DNA from: Octopus vulgaris
Taxonomy: Eukaryota
Assembly: GCA_951406725.2 (NCBI GenBank)
Contig: OX597833.1
Span: 14,384,001 to 14,448,000, forward strand
Direction of reading: 5' to 3'
DNA length: 64,000 nucleotides
Under the pieces are notes generated by a model. That model saw nothing but the letters and a program-made list of their open reading frames with translations. It was not told the origin of the DNA and did not search any database. The position numbers and the translations under genes are program-made. Shown here piece by piece: positions 50,842 through 64,000 of this stretch (the first letter of the stretch is position 1; each line of letters begins with the position of its first letter).

Positions 50842-51371
50842 TTTTGAACTGCTATAGATATAACCTTGAAAATAAGCATAAAGTCCACATGGCACTATCT
50901 CTTGTACGGTACTATACACTACACCAATCTTTAGTTCAAAAGAGAGAAATATCAATATACATACTAATCTATTCAGGTTTTATTATCTGTGTGTTCTCTT
51001 TTATGTGTTAATCTAATCGTACAATGCAACAAAAGTTATTACCGATATCATTCAATTCGCACAGCCATATATGGAAACTGTGAAAAGTTTTTCACTTGAT
51101 ATAATATGCTTGTCATATCTTGTTTGAGAAAATTGATAATGACGACATATATTGAATTAAGAAGTAGACATTCAGAATCCGGTTTACGTTGCCATTCGAC
51201 CTATCATTTTATATACTTTGTCAATTAACTATATGTAATACAACTGTGTTTTTACTAAGCCACCGAAGATCATTGGTGGATGCAAGATGTGCGAGAAATA
51301 ACAGTTGCAATTTCTTCAAATCACATCAATATATTTTAGTGAAAAATGCTAGACAGGATAATATTGTTCAG

Positions 51372-51790
51372 AGATCATGAAGAAAAAAAATGCTTTTTAA
51401 TTGATGTATCAATACCAGCAGATGACAACGTGTCTCTAAAAGAAATGGAGAAATGGAGAAACTTTCAAAATACAAAGAACTGGAAATAAAGGTAACCCGA
51501 ATGTGGAGTCTGAAAACAGAAACAATTCCTATCATAGTAGGTGCATTAGGCATGATAAAAAAATATTCAGACAAATACATAACAAAACACCAGGACTTAC
51601 AAACACATATAACATACAGAAAATTGCACTACTGGGCACTGCACACATACTACGCAAAACATTTTCAATACAGTAACCATCAGAGCATCACAACAAAACA
51701 CAGCACATACCCAAGGCACACAGAGCTGCGCTCGGTAGTGAAGTGAAAGCACGCTATAAAAATAAAACTACTGAATAATGATAATAATAA
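51372..51790 (+). pseudogene. 3' fragment of a second R4/Dong-like LINE family (RLE domain, frameshifted)
   Basis: LIDVSIPADDNVSLKEMEK / KLSKYKELEIKVTRMWSLKTETIPIIVGALGMI / IQKIALLGTAHILRK parallels the C-terminus of the 25.3-27.4 kb ORF; ends in taatgataataataat. Confidence 0.88.
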
Positions 51791-52792
51791 TTTCTAGCGA
51801 AACCAACACAACTCATTTACTGATTCTATAAAAAAAAGTCGCTAATAATATTCAGAAAAGCACAACGAACTGACACAGTTAGAAATATATGGAATTTTAT
51901 TAAGTCACTGTTTTTAAAAAAACTATGAAGAGGCTGCCGTCTCGTCATTTGTCAGCCATGTTTATAAACTGTAAGAGACGCATTTTAAGGATGATTTATT
52001 TTCAATGTAAAATCTGAAGAAAAAAATTTATGAGCCTGTTTCGTGTTGTAACTGAAACGATTGATAATTTCTTTGTTCATTCAACCAATTGATAGGATAA
52101 TGTGATGCAGCCACTGAAAATGTGTCAAACGTGTATCAGAAATATGGTAGAACGTAGCTAATAAAAATTACGTATGAAAAAAAAAGGTGGATGAATTGTT
52201 AAGATTGTTAAAGGAAGTAAGTGAGAATGCCAATGCATATGGAGCAAATTGTGGTGCGTATAGTATTCCGTAATTCAGGATTACATTTAATATTCTTATA
52301 GTTTTGCATTTTAAGAAAAAAATTGCGCTATCAGGCATGTGTGGTTAAAAAGCTCGCTTTTGTAACCATAATGTTTCGCGTTCAGTTCCGCTGCACGGCA
52401 ATTTGACTGCTGTTTAAGGAATAATTAATTATGCTTTGCATTTTTTTTTCAGTCATCGGAGTACAGCTATGCTGGGGAGTCGCTTTGAAGGGCGGAACAG
52501 ATCGAATTTCAATGCTTCTTCTTAAGTCTGGTACATAGTTTAATTTGCCGAACTGCTAACTTACGGGAGACGTAAAGAAAACAACACCAGTTGTCATGCG
52601 GTTGGGGGGATTTTAACACAGACACAAATGCATGCACAAAACAAAAAAAAAAAAAAAGAAAATAAGATTATGTTGTAGGAATTTTGACGCATCGAGAGAA
52701 CTATTCAAAAGCAATTATATACCTTTTTTATTTCGAGTTCAACGGTATAAAAAGAAGAATAGTATACAAACATATATATATATATATATATA

Positions 52793-53207
<415 letters not shown>

Positions 53208-53227
53208 TATGTATGTATGTATGTATG

Positions 53228-53289
<62 letters not shown>

Positions 53290-53339
53290 TCTATATGTAT
53301 CCACTCACGCACACATACAGCACATATATATACATACAT

Positions 53340-53698
53340 GTGAAGGTGCAATGGCCCAGTGGTTAGGACAGTGGACTCGTGGTCATACGATCGCGGTTTC
53401 GTGCGTTGTCAGTGTTTGTTAAGCGAAAACCCCTAAAGCTCCACGAGGCTCCGGCAGGGGGTTGTGGCGAATCCTGTTGTATTCTTTCACCACAACTTTC
53501 TCTCACTCTTTTTTCCAGCTTCTCTTGTACCTGTATTTCAAAGGGCCGGCCTTGTCACACATTGTGTCACGCTGAACCTCCCCAAGAACTACGTTAAAGG
53601 ATACAAGTGTCTGTGGAGTGCTCAGCCACTTGCAAGTTTATTTCACGAGCAGACTGTTCCATTGATCGGATCAACTAGAACTTTCTTCCGACAGAGTA
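53340..53698 (+). mobile_element. SINE family C, diverged (another old copy at ~58500-58838, minus)
   Basis: Consensus match. Confidence 0.8.
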
Positions 53699-53852
53699 CC
53701 ACGATGTACATACATAAATATCTATGTAGCTCTTTCTCTCTCTCTTTCTCTCTCCACTCACACACACATATATAATAATATTAGGGAATATAATTCCAAA
53801 CTTACAAGGAAAAATTCAAATTAGATATACTAAATCAAATTTCACAAAATAT

Positions 53853-53908
<56 letters not shown>

Positions 53909-53911
<3 letters not shown>

Positions 53912-54345
53912 AAATAAGCAACAAGAATTTGGTACGATCGTTTCGTACTACATCCAGAACCTTAAAGTAGTCTGGAACAACTAAATCTTAGTCAGTCAGT
54001 TGATGAGCTCCACTACCTCAAATGTTCTTAAAATTTAAATCCACATCTGTGTCTATGTATCTACCTTTCTACAATGTTGCCACTTAATATGAAAATTTTT
54101 GTATTAATGGAAAACTTCTATAATTGGCTGATGAGTGTTCAGCATTTTAAAACTGTTGTAATACTTACAACATTTAATAAAATGATGTAGTACGAAACGA
54201 TCGTACCAAATTACCGGAGTCATTCTTGTTGCTTATTTTGATTATAATCATCCCAAGGATTTTTATGGATAACACCATACAGAATTCTGGTGCATCTAAA
54301 TTAAGTACCATATTCATTTGAATCTAAATTTTTGCTGAACTTATA
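53909..54345 (+). mobile_element. Hammerhead-bearing PLE-like element in (TA)n
   Basis: Inverted segment 53909-53954 vs 54184-54241; homologous in reverse to 61215-61615. Confidence 0.7.
54124..54209 (+). ncRNA. Type I minimal hammerhead ribozyme (canonical core)
   Basis: UUGG-CUGAUGA-GUGU...GUAC-GAAAC-GAUC-GUA-CCAA: stems I and II pair, palindromic loop 3, GUA cleavage triplet. Confidence 0.8.
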
Positions 54346-54360
54346 TATATATATATATCA

Positions 54361-54765
54361 TATAATTGATTAAGGAAAACGATGCAGTTTGTGTTGGTTT
54401 TTATTTTGGACAACGATCGTTTCGACCCACCCTGCTACTGTCCCTTGTAGATGGTATTACATGCTGTGTTGCATCCATTTTGCAGTCTGTGTCACATCAG
54501 GTACGTTCATAGATAAAGTTGTGTCTCGCTAAACATATTGAATTGTTATTATAATAAAATGGCTGCCATGTCGTTATGACCGCCTAAACTCAAGATCTAT
54601 TGCGAAACACTACTTTATGTATGAATGTACACTGCAAAATTGATGCAACATAGCATGATATATAGAATCCTACCCTTAAGGGACAGTAAAAGGATGGGGC
54701 GAAATGACCGTGGTACAAAATAAAGACGAGTACCAAATCCATCTTCTGTTTCCTTAATCAATTAT
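54361..54765. mobile_element. Old fold-back PLE-like element
   Basis: Imperfect ~125 bp inverted arms (ataattgattaaggaaa...ttttgcagt / actgcaaaa...tttccttaatcaattat). Confidence 0.6.
54408..54504 (-). ncRNA. Degenerate hammerhead motif
   Basis: GUAC-CUGAUGU-GAC...GUC-GAAAC-GAUC-GUU-GUCC (A9 mutated, one stem I mismatch). Confidence 0.5.
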
Positions 54766-54916
54766 TATGTCAGCTAACATAACCGAATTCCTGATGTAGC
54801 TCCAAAAGAAATATACCTCAACTGCGGATGACACCAGGTAGCCCAAACCGCGGCAGTGCTTGAATCAACACATCAACACACTAATTGACGTATACCTACT
54901 AGTACAAAATATATAG

Positions 54917-55302
54917 TGGAGGCGCAATGGCCCAGTGGTTAGGGCAGCGGACTCGCGGTCATAGGATCGCGGTTTCGATTCCCAGACCGGGCGTTGTGAG
55001 TGTTTATTGAGCGAAAACACATAAAAAGCTCCACGAGGCTCAGGCAGGGGATGGTGGTGATCCCTGCTGTACTCTTTCACCACAACTTTCTCTCACTCTT
55101 ACTTCCTGTTTCTGTTGTACCTGTATTTCAAGGGGCCGGTCTTGTCACTCTCTGTGTCACGCTGAATATCCCCGAGAACTACGTTAAGGGTACACGTGTC
55201 TGTGGAGTGCTCAGCCACTTACACGTTAATTTCACGAGCAGGCTGTTCCGTTGATTCGGATCAACCAGAACCCTCATCGTCGTAACCGACGGAGTGCTTC
55301 CA
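54917..55302 (+). mobile_element. SINE family C
   Basis: Consensus match; TSD agtacaaaatat. Confidence 0.9.
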
Positions 55303-55714
55303 CAGTACAAAATATTACACACAGACAAAGACACACACACACACAAAATATGGGGTTCTGACAGATTTTCCGACAGAAATTAATCGCATCACAAAGGATA
55401 TATTTATTTTCTAGAATGCGCAAATAATCTGAGCAATTTTGACATGAAGTTTACATTCGCGATCCGAATTTCTGCCGTATATACCAAACATATTGTGGAA
55501 TTTCGAAGGCAGAACATTATTGCACTTATGGAAGAGCTAATCAGATGATACTTATTAGACACTATTACACCAGAAAATTAAAAATTCTAGAATACTAATG
55601 CTGATAAGTCTTGAAATTAATTTTTTCTAAATTAAACATTCTAACAGAATTGAAAACATAATTTCGTACGATGAAGACTTTTTTTCCCAAATTTAAGATC
55701 TGTGTCTTTCTATA

Positions 55715-56135
55715 GCTCTTTACTCTTTTACTCTTTTACTTGTTTCAGTCATTTGACTGCGGCCATGCTGGAGCACCGCCTTTAGTCGAGCAAATCGACC
55801 CCGAGACTTATTCTTTGTAAGCCCAGTACTTATTCTGTCGGTCTCTTTTGCCGAACCGCTAAGTGACGGGGACGTACACACACCAGCATCGGTTGCCAAG
55901 CAATGCTAGGGTGACAAACACAGACACACAAACACATACACGCACACTTATATACATATATATATACATATATACGACAGGCTTCTTTCAGTTTCCGTCT
56001 ACCAAATCCACTCACAAGACATTGGTCGGCCCGAGGCTATAGTAGAAGACACTTGCCCAAGATGCCACGCAGTGGGACTGAACCCGGAACCATGTGGTTG
56101 GTTACCAAGCTACTTACCACACAGCCACACACACG

Positions 56136-56178
<43 letters not shown>

Positions 56179-56349
56179 ATATATACGACAGGCTTCTTTC
56201 AGTTTCCGTCTACCAAATCCACTCACAAGACATTGGTCAGCCCGGGGCTATAGCAGAAGACACTTGCCCAAGATGCCATGCAGTGGGACTGAACCCAGAA
56301 CCATGTGGTTGGTTAGCAAGCTACTTACCACACAGCCACTCCTGCGCCT
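55715..56349 (-). mobile_element. SINE family B with tandemly duplicated head
   Basis: Head+CORE segment present twice (55970-56128 and 56180-56349). Confidence 0.87.
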
Positions 56350-56622
56350 ATTGTTAAAAGACACTGAGGGAGGTGAAATTCGTGCATAATATTCAGGAAA
56401 TTAATATGTCGATAACGAATCAATAGCATGGCAATACTAACTGTTGAAAAATCTTATCTAACAAGTACTTGAATGTTGATCGCTTAACTGATGCAGATGC
56501 AGAGGCAAAAAAAAAAAACACACGGTGTTCACATATTAGTGACGTATAAATATTTGATTTTTATCTGCATGGAATCTCATTTTATGCGTATTTATATATG
56601 TATGCATGTGTATATGCGAATA

Positions 56623-56677
<55 letters not shown>

Positions 56678-56856
56678 GCAAATTTATATATGCGTGCTTG
56701 TAAATATATAGCCATATATATATATATATATACATACATGTAGTTGTATATACGTAATTATATATAAGTATATATACACCTGTATATATATACATATATA
56801 TATCCATATATATACATATATGTAAATATATATATGAATATATATATATGTGTATA

Positions 56857-56890
<34 letters not shown>

Positions 56891-57268
56891 CATATGTATA
56901 TACATATATATACATACATATATATATATATATATACATACATACATATATATACATACATACATATATATATACACACACATATATATATATATAATTT
57001 TAGCTATTTATATGCATATATCTATCTAACTTTGTAAACCAATGAAATTTCTTGATGCTGTTGTAATTGTTGCCGTTGTATTTTTCTTCTTCTTAATATA
57101 AGTATCTGCTACCTTTTAATCAGTTTTGTAATCTATGAAAACCACTTCAAACTGGTTTTTCATTTACACTTAATTTTATGTTACAGTAATTTATTCTGTG
57201 TGCTTGCAAAATCACTCTCTGCCAATCAGGAGTATAGTACATAGGTAAAAATTGTTTTATGATAATAA

Positions 57269-57412
57269 GGTGTGGCTGTGTGGCAAGGAGCTTCCTTCCC
57301 AACCACATGGCTCAGGGTTCTGTCCCATTGCGTGGCAACTTAGGCTATAGCATCGGGCCGACCAAAGACATGTGAGTGGATTTGGTAGACGAAAACTGAA
57401 AGAAACCCGTCA

Positions 57413-57507
<95 letters not shown>

Positions 57508-57718
57508 TTGTGTTTTTGTTTGTACCATCCCAACCACTGCTTCACAACCAATGTTGGTGTGTTTACATCCCCGAAACTTATCGCTTCGGCAAAAAAACCC
57601 TGATAGAATAAGTACTAGATTTACAAAGAACAATTCCAGCCATCGATTTCTTCGACTAAGTGGGTGCTCCAGCAGAGCCGCAGTCAAATAACTGAAACAG
57701 GTAAAAGAATAAAAGAAT
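57269..57718 (+). mobile_element. SINE family B, diverged, internal (TATC)n
   Basis: Consensus match with a different internal microsatellite. Confidence 0.78.
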
Positions 57719-58885
57719 ACACAAACACACAGATTCATACACAGACAAACACACAGGACACAAACACAGAACCACCACACACAAATCTTCGCTTTCTTAA
57801 TATCAAAAATTTCTAAGACGATCAGAATGTCAACATTACAATTTGTGAATCTTTAATAATGTAGTCACCACCAAAATAATATTTGCATATATTCTGTGAT
57901 GGAATTCCTGGCCAGTCCCTTTTTCTTGAATTAATATAGCATTCCCTAAAGCATCAGATGGAATCGAAAACGTGATTGACAGCATTTCAAGGGTAAAATC
58001 ACGCTCGCAGCCATCTTTCTTGACTTTGAGTATACCATCCTAATTAGGCAGCATGTGTTGTCCTGAAGCAATAGACCTCAATTTCTCGTCCCACTGTACT
58101 GTTTCGAATATTCGAGTCAGCCTTGTATTCGTCACAATTTAATTCTTAGTCTGATATATCTACGAAATTATAGTGGATCGAACGGTGGCAAGGAGGAAAA
58201 GGTGTCTTGTCTGCATGCAAATAAATGGATACCAGAAATTAATCGGCAAAAACATGGTATATGCTAACAAGCCACATTCGCTTGTGTGTTACAGTGGTGG
58301 TTTTTTTTTTAAATACATGTACAGGCACAAGAATACGCATGTTAAAGTACATGTATGTATATCTGTATGAATACACATTTATACACACACACACACACAC
58401 ATATATATATGCATTCATACATACATAGACACACGCACATACACAACTAATCGTACATATATGTGTGTGTATGTGTGTGACAGAGAGAGATTGAGGTGAT
58501 AGCATTCCCTCGGTTACGATGGCGAGAGGTCCAGGTGATTCGGTGAATGGAACAGCCATCTTCTGAAATTAAGGTACAAGTGGCTGAGCACTCCACGTAC
58601 ACGGGCATCTTTGACGTAGTTCTCAGGGAGATTCAGCATCACATGGAATATGACACGGCTGGTCCTTTGAATTATCCATTTTGCCTGCTGATTGAACTAG
58701 AACAACGTAAAATTAAAACGTGTCTTTCCCAAGGACATACCGAGCCGCTGGAAATTGAACTCACAACCTCGGAATCGTGAGCTGTATGTCCTAACCACTA
58801 AGCCAAATACCCTGACCACTAAACCACGCGCTTTCACAATATATATGTGTGTGTGTATGTGCGGCGTACGTGTGTGTATATATAT

Positions 58886-59156
58886 ATTAGGTCGTCAAGT
58901 ATGAAATTTGTAGAAAAGAGAAAAGTTTGCTAATGTCTTATAAATACAAGGAATAGTTTTATTCATCAAAGCATGAACCCATATTGTCAATACACTTTTA
59001 CCATTTCAGTGGTAGCTTGTCCAGCCCGGAACTTGTAAATGCCTGGCAATCTAGTAATAAAATATAGGAAGGCCTATTTTACAGTATCGTGCGAATTAAA
59101 TTCTTTTCCTATCAAAAAGTTATCCAGATTCTGGAAGAAGTGGTATTCAGTGTGGG

Positions 59157-59158
<2 letters not shown>
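58886..59158 (-). mobile_element. Mariner 3' fragment (second family) with TIR
   Basis: PHTEYHFFQNLDNFLIGKEFNS...DKLPLKW*KCIDNMGSCFDE, then a TIR-like end (ttaggtcgtcaagtatgaaat on +) next to TA. Confidence 0.75.
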
Positions 59159-59209
<51 letters not shown>

Positions 59210-59500
59210 TAATAAATAAAATATATGCATATATATATATATATACATATATGTACGTACCTACCTCTACATGTATATATACACGCAATCTAGTAATAAA
59301 ATATAGGAAGGCCTATTTTACAGTATCGTGCGAATTAAATTCTTTTCCTATCAAAAAGTTATCCAGATTCTGGAAGAAGTGGTATTCAGTGTGGGGTACA
59401 TATATATATATATATATATAATATATTAATAAATAAAACATATGCATATATATATATACATATATGTACGTACCTACCTCTACATGTATATATACACGCA
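59046..59500 (+). repeat. Recent tandem duplication (~240 bp) of mariner remnant plus microsatellite
   Basis: 59046-59285 repeated at 59286-59500, differing mainly in TA-run lengths. Confidence 0.92.
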
Positions 59501-59853
59501 TATATGAGTACAGGACACAAACAAAAACGTCGAACACAATGAGAAACGAAAACAAAGACACAAACCCAAGGAACTGGACATTTTTCTTAAACAACAAAAA
59601 AATAGAGTACAGGACAAATAACACAAGGAAAAAACCCCTTCTTCAGTCGTCATGGTTTCATCTACTCTACGTTTCGAAGGTGAAGGCGAGACGTATCTTC
59701 GATAGAAACTTTCCTTCCTGCAAAAAGCAAATCAAATAAAATTTGAGATCTTGTAACAAAATTTGAAATGGTAACAAAAACAGGACTGTAACGACAGTAC
59801 AAAATATAAGCAGTAAAAGACAGGACAAGGAAAATAACAAGATATATATATAT

Positions 59854-60153
59854 AATGTATTTTACAGCATAAGATGCATAGAAGGTGCTTGTAAGGACAT
59901 GAACATGATGTACATAGGGGGGACGTCTAGGAGCATTGTGGAGCGGATAAATGAACATCTAAGACAATATGACGACAGAAAACAGTCCTCCATACTCTAC
60001 CAACATGCCAAAGACCACTATGGAGGTAACTTGGGTCAACTTGACATCCGCATCTTATCCAAGCACCCAAAAGACCCAACACTCAGACAAATACGGGAGT
60101 ACGTCCTTATAAATGAAACCTCCCCAATATTAAATAGGAAATATACACAATAA
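59854..60153 (+). CDS. GIY-YIG endonuclease domain of a 5'-truncated Penelope-like element
   Basis: Frame reads NVFYSIRCIEGACKDMNMMYIGGTSRSIVERINEH...LYQH...RQIREYVLINETSPILN, showing the NVxY/YIGxT motifs, conserved R, E and N, and the PLE-type C-C-H-H residues. Starts directly after a short (TA)n. Confidence 0.85.
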   Translation, partial: NVFYSIRCIEGACKDMNMMYIGGTSRSIVERINEHLRQYDDRKQSSILYQHAKDHYGGNLGQLDIRILSKHPKDPTLRQIREYVLINETSPILNRKYTQ

Positions 60154-61214
60154 ATACCATACCTCCATACCCACAGTTTACACAGGTAGAGTAGAATAGT
60201 TAGTGGGCTGTCAGGTAGATAAATGTATGTATGTATGTGGGTGAGAGTGTGTATGTATGCCTTTTTGAATATTTTTTTATATTTCTTATTTTTTATTTTT
60301 TAAATTTCTTAATATTTTTTTATTTCTTTATTTCTGTATGTAATCATTTAGATATGTAAATAAACAGATCAATATACAGACGGATAGGTATATAGACTAT
60401 ATGAACAGGCACATATGGAGACACGGATCCACACATATAAAGATACACATCCATACATACAAACATAGTACATAGTTACATAACACACACACACAGATAT
60501 GCACACACAAGGAGACAAGTGCATACATATACAAACACATGCTCATACACACATACATATAGATATAAAGTAGCTGTTTTCATCGAGGTCTACCTCGTGA
60601 TGACGTCAGTATGTTAGTCAGTAATTCAAAGGAAATTCAGAAACAGTTTTTGATATATTCTTTGAATGTAGATATAGGTTTCAAACCGTTATTACATAGT
60701 AGTAATTCTGCGTTGCATAAAAGAAGTGACATTTCTTCATAAACGTAACACTTTGACTTTTCATAAGCAACTTACTTGCATCATTTCGATTTCAAAACTA
60801 GAACTTTCCAAACATGAAGTTTCGCACTATCGAAATAATCAATTATATATAGTATGAGGCGTGATTTGAAGTTGGAACTTAAAATTAAAGAATAAAGAAA
60901 CACTTGAAATACACACCAAGAAATTCTGCCTTAAATTTCAATGGCAATCATGTATAGCACTCTTTGATACTGTTTAGAACTTTTCAACATATCAGTGATG
61001 ACTAACATGTTATATATATATAAGAGATAAAGATGAAGACAGGTGGCGTAGACAACAAACAAATGTATTAGTATAATGCTCGGGAAGTGAAAAAGTCGTT
61101 TCGAGCCTACGCTCTTCCACAGAAAGGATTACAGAAAGAAACAAGGAGAGAAAATAAAGAATGTGTAGTGGCTAGCGATCTACCGTGGCAAAGGATATAT
61201 ATATATATATATAT

Positions 61215-61615
61215 AAGTTCAGCAAAATTTAGATTCAGATGAATATGGTACTTAAGTCAAAGGCACCAGAATTTTGTATGGTATTATCCATATAAATCAA
61301 ATGGGGTGATTATAATCAAAATAAGCAAGAAGCATATCCAAGGTAGAGTAGTACAATTGTTTCATGCTACTTCATTTTATTAAACACTGCAAGTATTACA
61401 TCAGTTTTAAAATGTCGAGCAATCTTCAGCCACTTATAGAATTTTCCAATCAAACGGACAATGCACATTCTTATCCTTAATTCATTTGCCAACATTATAA
61501 AGAGGGTAGATATACAGACAGTCAGAGAGTGAATATACTACTATCATGTTCTTAAGAATGAAATCAACCTCTCTGTCTATATATCTACCCTCTTTATAAT
61601 GTGGGCAAATGAAAT
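61215..61615 (-). mobile_element. Hammerhead-bearing PLE-like element in (TA)n
   Basis: Reverse-complement homolog of 54050-54345, with an internal hairpin at 61480-61613. Confidence 0.7.
61348..61433 (-). ncRNA. Type I minimal hammerhead motif (family related to 54124-54209)
   Basis: GUGG-CUGAAGA-uUGCU...AGCAu-GAAAC-AAUU-GUA-CUAC. Confidence 0.68.
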
Positions 61616-61648
61616 GTATAAATGTATAAATGTATATATGTATATGTA

Positions 61649-62144
<496 letters not shown>

Positions 62145-62192
62145 AACTGGTATGTATACACACACATATATGTATTTTTATTTATATATAGA

Positions 62193-62254
<62 letters not shown>

Positions 62255-62857
62255 CATATATGTATATATATATATATAAATAAATATATCTATATTCATA
62301 TGTTTATATATGTGTCTGTGTGTGTGTATGACTCTGAGTGTTAAAACTTATCTTGTGTTTGTGTGTGTGTATATGTATGCGCGTATATGCGCGTATGTGT
62401 GTTGGTCACGTTCATACGATGTTCCACAATATTGCAGTACCATGAATAGATATCAATAAAGCAGAGCCTGCCGTAAGTATCGGGTTTGCTACGACTGCAG
62501 TACAATGACTAATAATATATTTAAGCAACATGTCAATGAATTGCAGGCTTAGGCACAAAGCCAAAACCATCGCTGGCTGAATAGAAGCAGATTTCATCGA
62601 ATTAAGTGACTAATTGTTTGGTTGGTCATGTCTGGAATGATGAAAGGCGAAACTAACTTGGGTGTGATCAGAACAAAGAAATGTGAATGTGACAAGATAT
62701 TTTGCCCGAAGGTCTACAAAATTTGCCCCGTGAAAGACAATCCCTTGCATGGAACAGCGCCGGATAACAAAAAAAGCATCGACATATTGGTCCGGAGCTC
62801 GTGTACCAACAGCAACAAGAGCAGCGACGGGAAGAGAAAGAACAAGAGGAATAATAC

Positions 62858-62914
62858 TGATGATGATGATGATGATGCTAATAATAGTAATGACAACAAT
62901 AATAATAATAGTTT

Positions 62915-62963
<49 letters not shown>

Positions 62964-63198
62964 GCTACTGCTGCTGCTGCTGCTGCTACTACTACTAATA
63001 CTACTGCTGCTGCTGCTACTACTACTACTACTACTACTACAACTGCTGCTGCTGCTGCTGCTACTGCTACTACTACTACTACTACTACTACTACAACTAC
63101 TAATGATAATAATGATAAAAATATTGATAATGCTTATTTTCCTGCTGCAGAGTTCTTTCTAATCATTTTAAATAATAATAACTATAATAATAATAATG

Positions 63199-63245
<47 letters not shown>

Positions 63246-63416
63246 TATAATAATAATAATAACAATAATAATAACAACAACAACAGTAATAATAATACTA
63301 ATTATAATAATAATGATAATAAAATTAATAATCATAATGAGAAGAAGAAGAAGAAGAAGAAGAAGAAGAAGAAGAAGAAGAAGAAGAAGAAGAAGAAGAA
63401 GAAGAAGAAGAAGAAG

Positions 63417-63448
<32 letters not shown>

Positions 63449-63505
63449 GGAAGAGGAGGAAAAGAAGAAGAGGAAGAAGAAGAGGAGGAAAAGAGGAAAG
63501 AAAGA
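62858..63505. repeat. Compound trinucleotide microsatellite (GAT, TAC, TGC, TAA, GAA, CAA)
   Basis: Direct inspection. Confidence 0.97.
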
Positions 63506-64000
63506 AAATCAGACTCAGAAGAAGAATGGAGATTTAATGAACAATGGGGAAATTTTAAAATTATTGCATTGATCAGATGTGTTTTCTCATGTGAAGAATA
63601 TTCAATTGGCGTCCATGATTTTTCTTTATTTTTGTTTTCTTTTTTGGATATTTTGTGTTTGTTTTACTTCACGATAGGAATTATTTCGAAAAGAAAAGAA
63701 ACAAAACAAAACAATAAAAATCATGGCATTATCGAACAATGGCACTTTGCCATTCATATCGAATGATCTCAGCGACCATAATTTCCAAACGCCGCGCAAC
63801 CACGCAGCGTCGTTCAACACCTTTGTTAATAAATATACATCGTTAGAAAGAAAAGAAGTGGTTACCTAATAATGATACTAACAATAATAATAATAATAAT
63901 AATAGCAACAGCAACAGTGCAACATTCAATGAATAGTCTTGTCTTTGTCTTTGTGGTTAATGGTTGTTCATATATGCGTGCATCAAAATGTGTGTATGTG

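Noticed and set aside
57840-58215. Coding-like unique stretch on the minus strand
   Set aside because: Stops in all frames and no recognisable motif.
62622-63572. 316 aa ORF with poly-T/N/K tracts
   Set aside because: Degenerate SINE sequence followed by compound trinucleotide repeats.

Overview
AT-rich, microsatellite-saturated eukaryotic DNA, most consistent with a cephalopod (octopus-like) intronic or intergenic region. No host gene can be confidently called; there are only weak candidate exons near 1.7-3.2 kb and 21.5 kb. Almost all listed ORFs are artefacts of simple repeats or SINEs. The real content is mobile DNA: three or four high-copy tRNA-derived SINE families; a young 5'-truncated R4/Dong-type LINE (RT + CCHC + restriction-like endonuclease) sitting in (TAA)n; RTE, mariner/Tc1, hAT-Buster and Helitron remnants; and Penelope-like element (PLE) relics (a GIY-YIG endonuclease and a decayed RT). 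The most notable pattern is a set of short, often fold-back elements, mostly abutting (TA)n tracts, that carry type I minimal hammerhead-ribozyme motifs (CUGANGA...GAAAC-palindrome-GUH). These include canonical copies, a recurrent variant core, and a circularly permuted/inverted copy suggestive of retrozyme-like copying. All calls were made by eye; boundaries of degenerate repeats are approximate.
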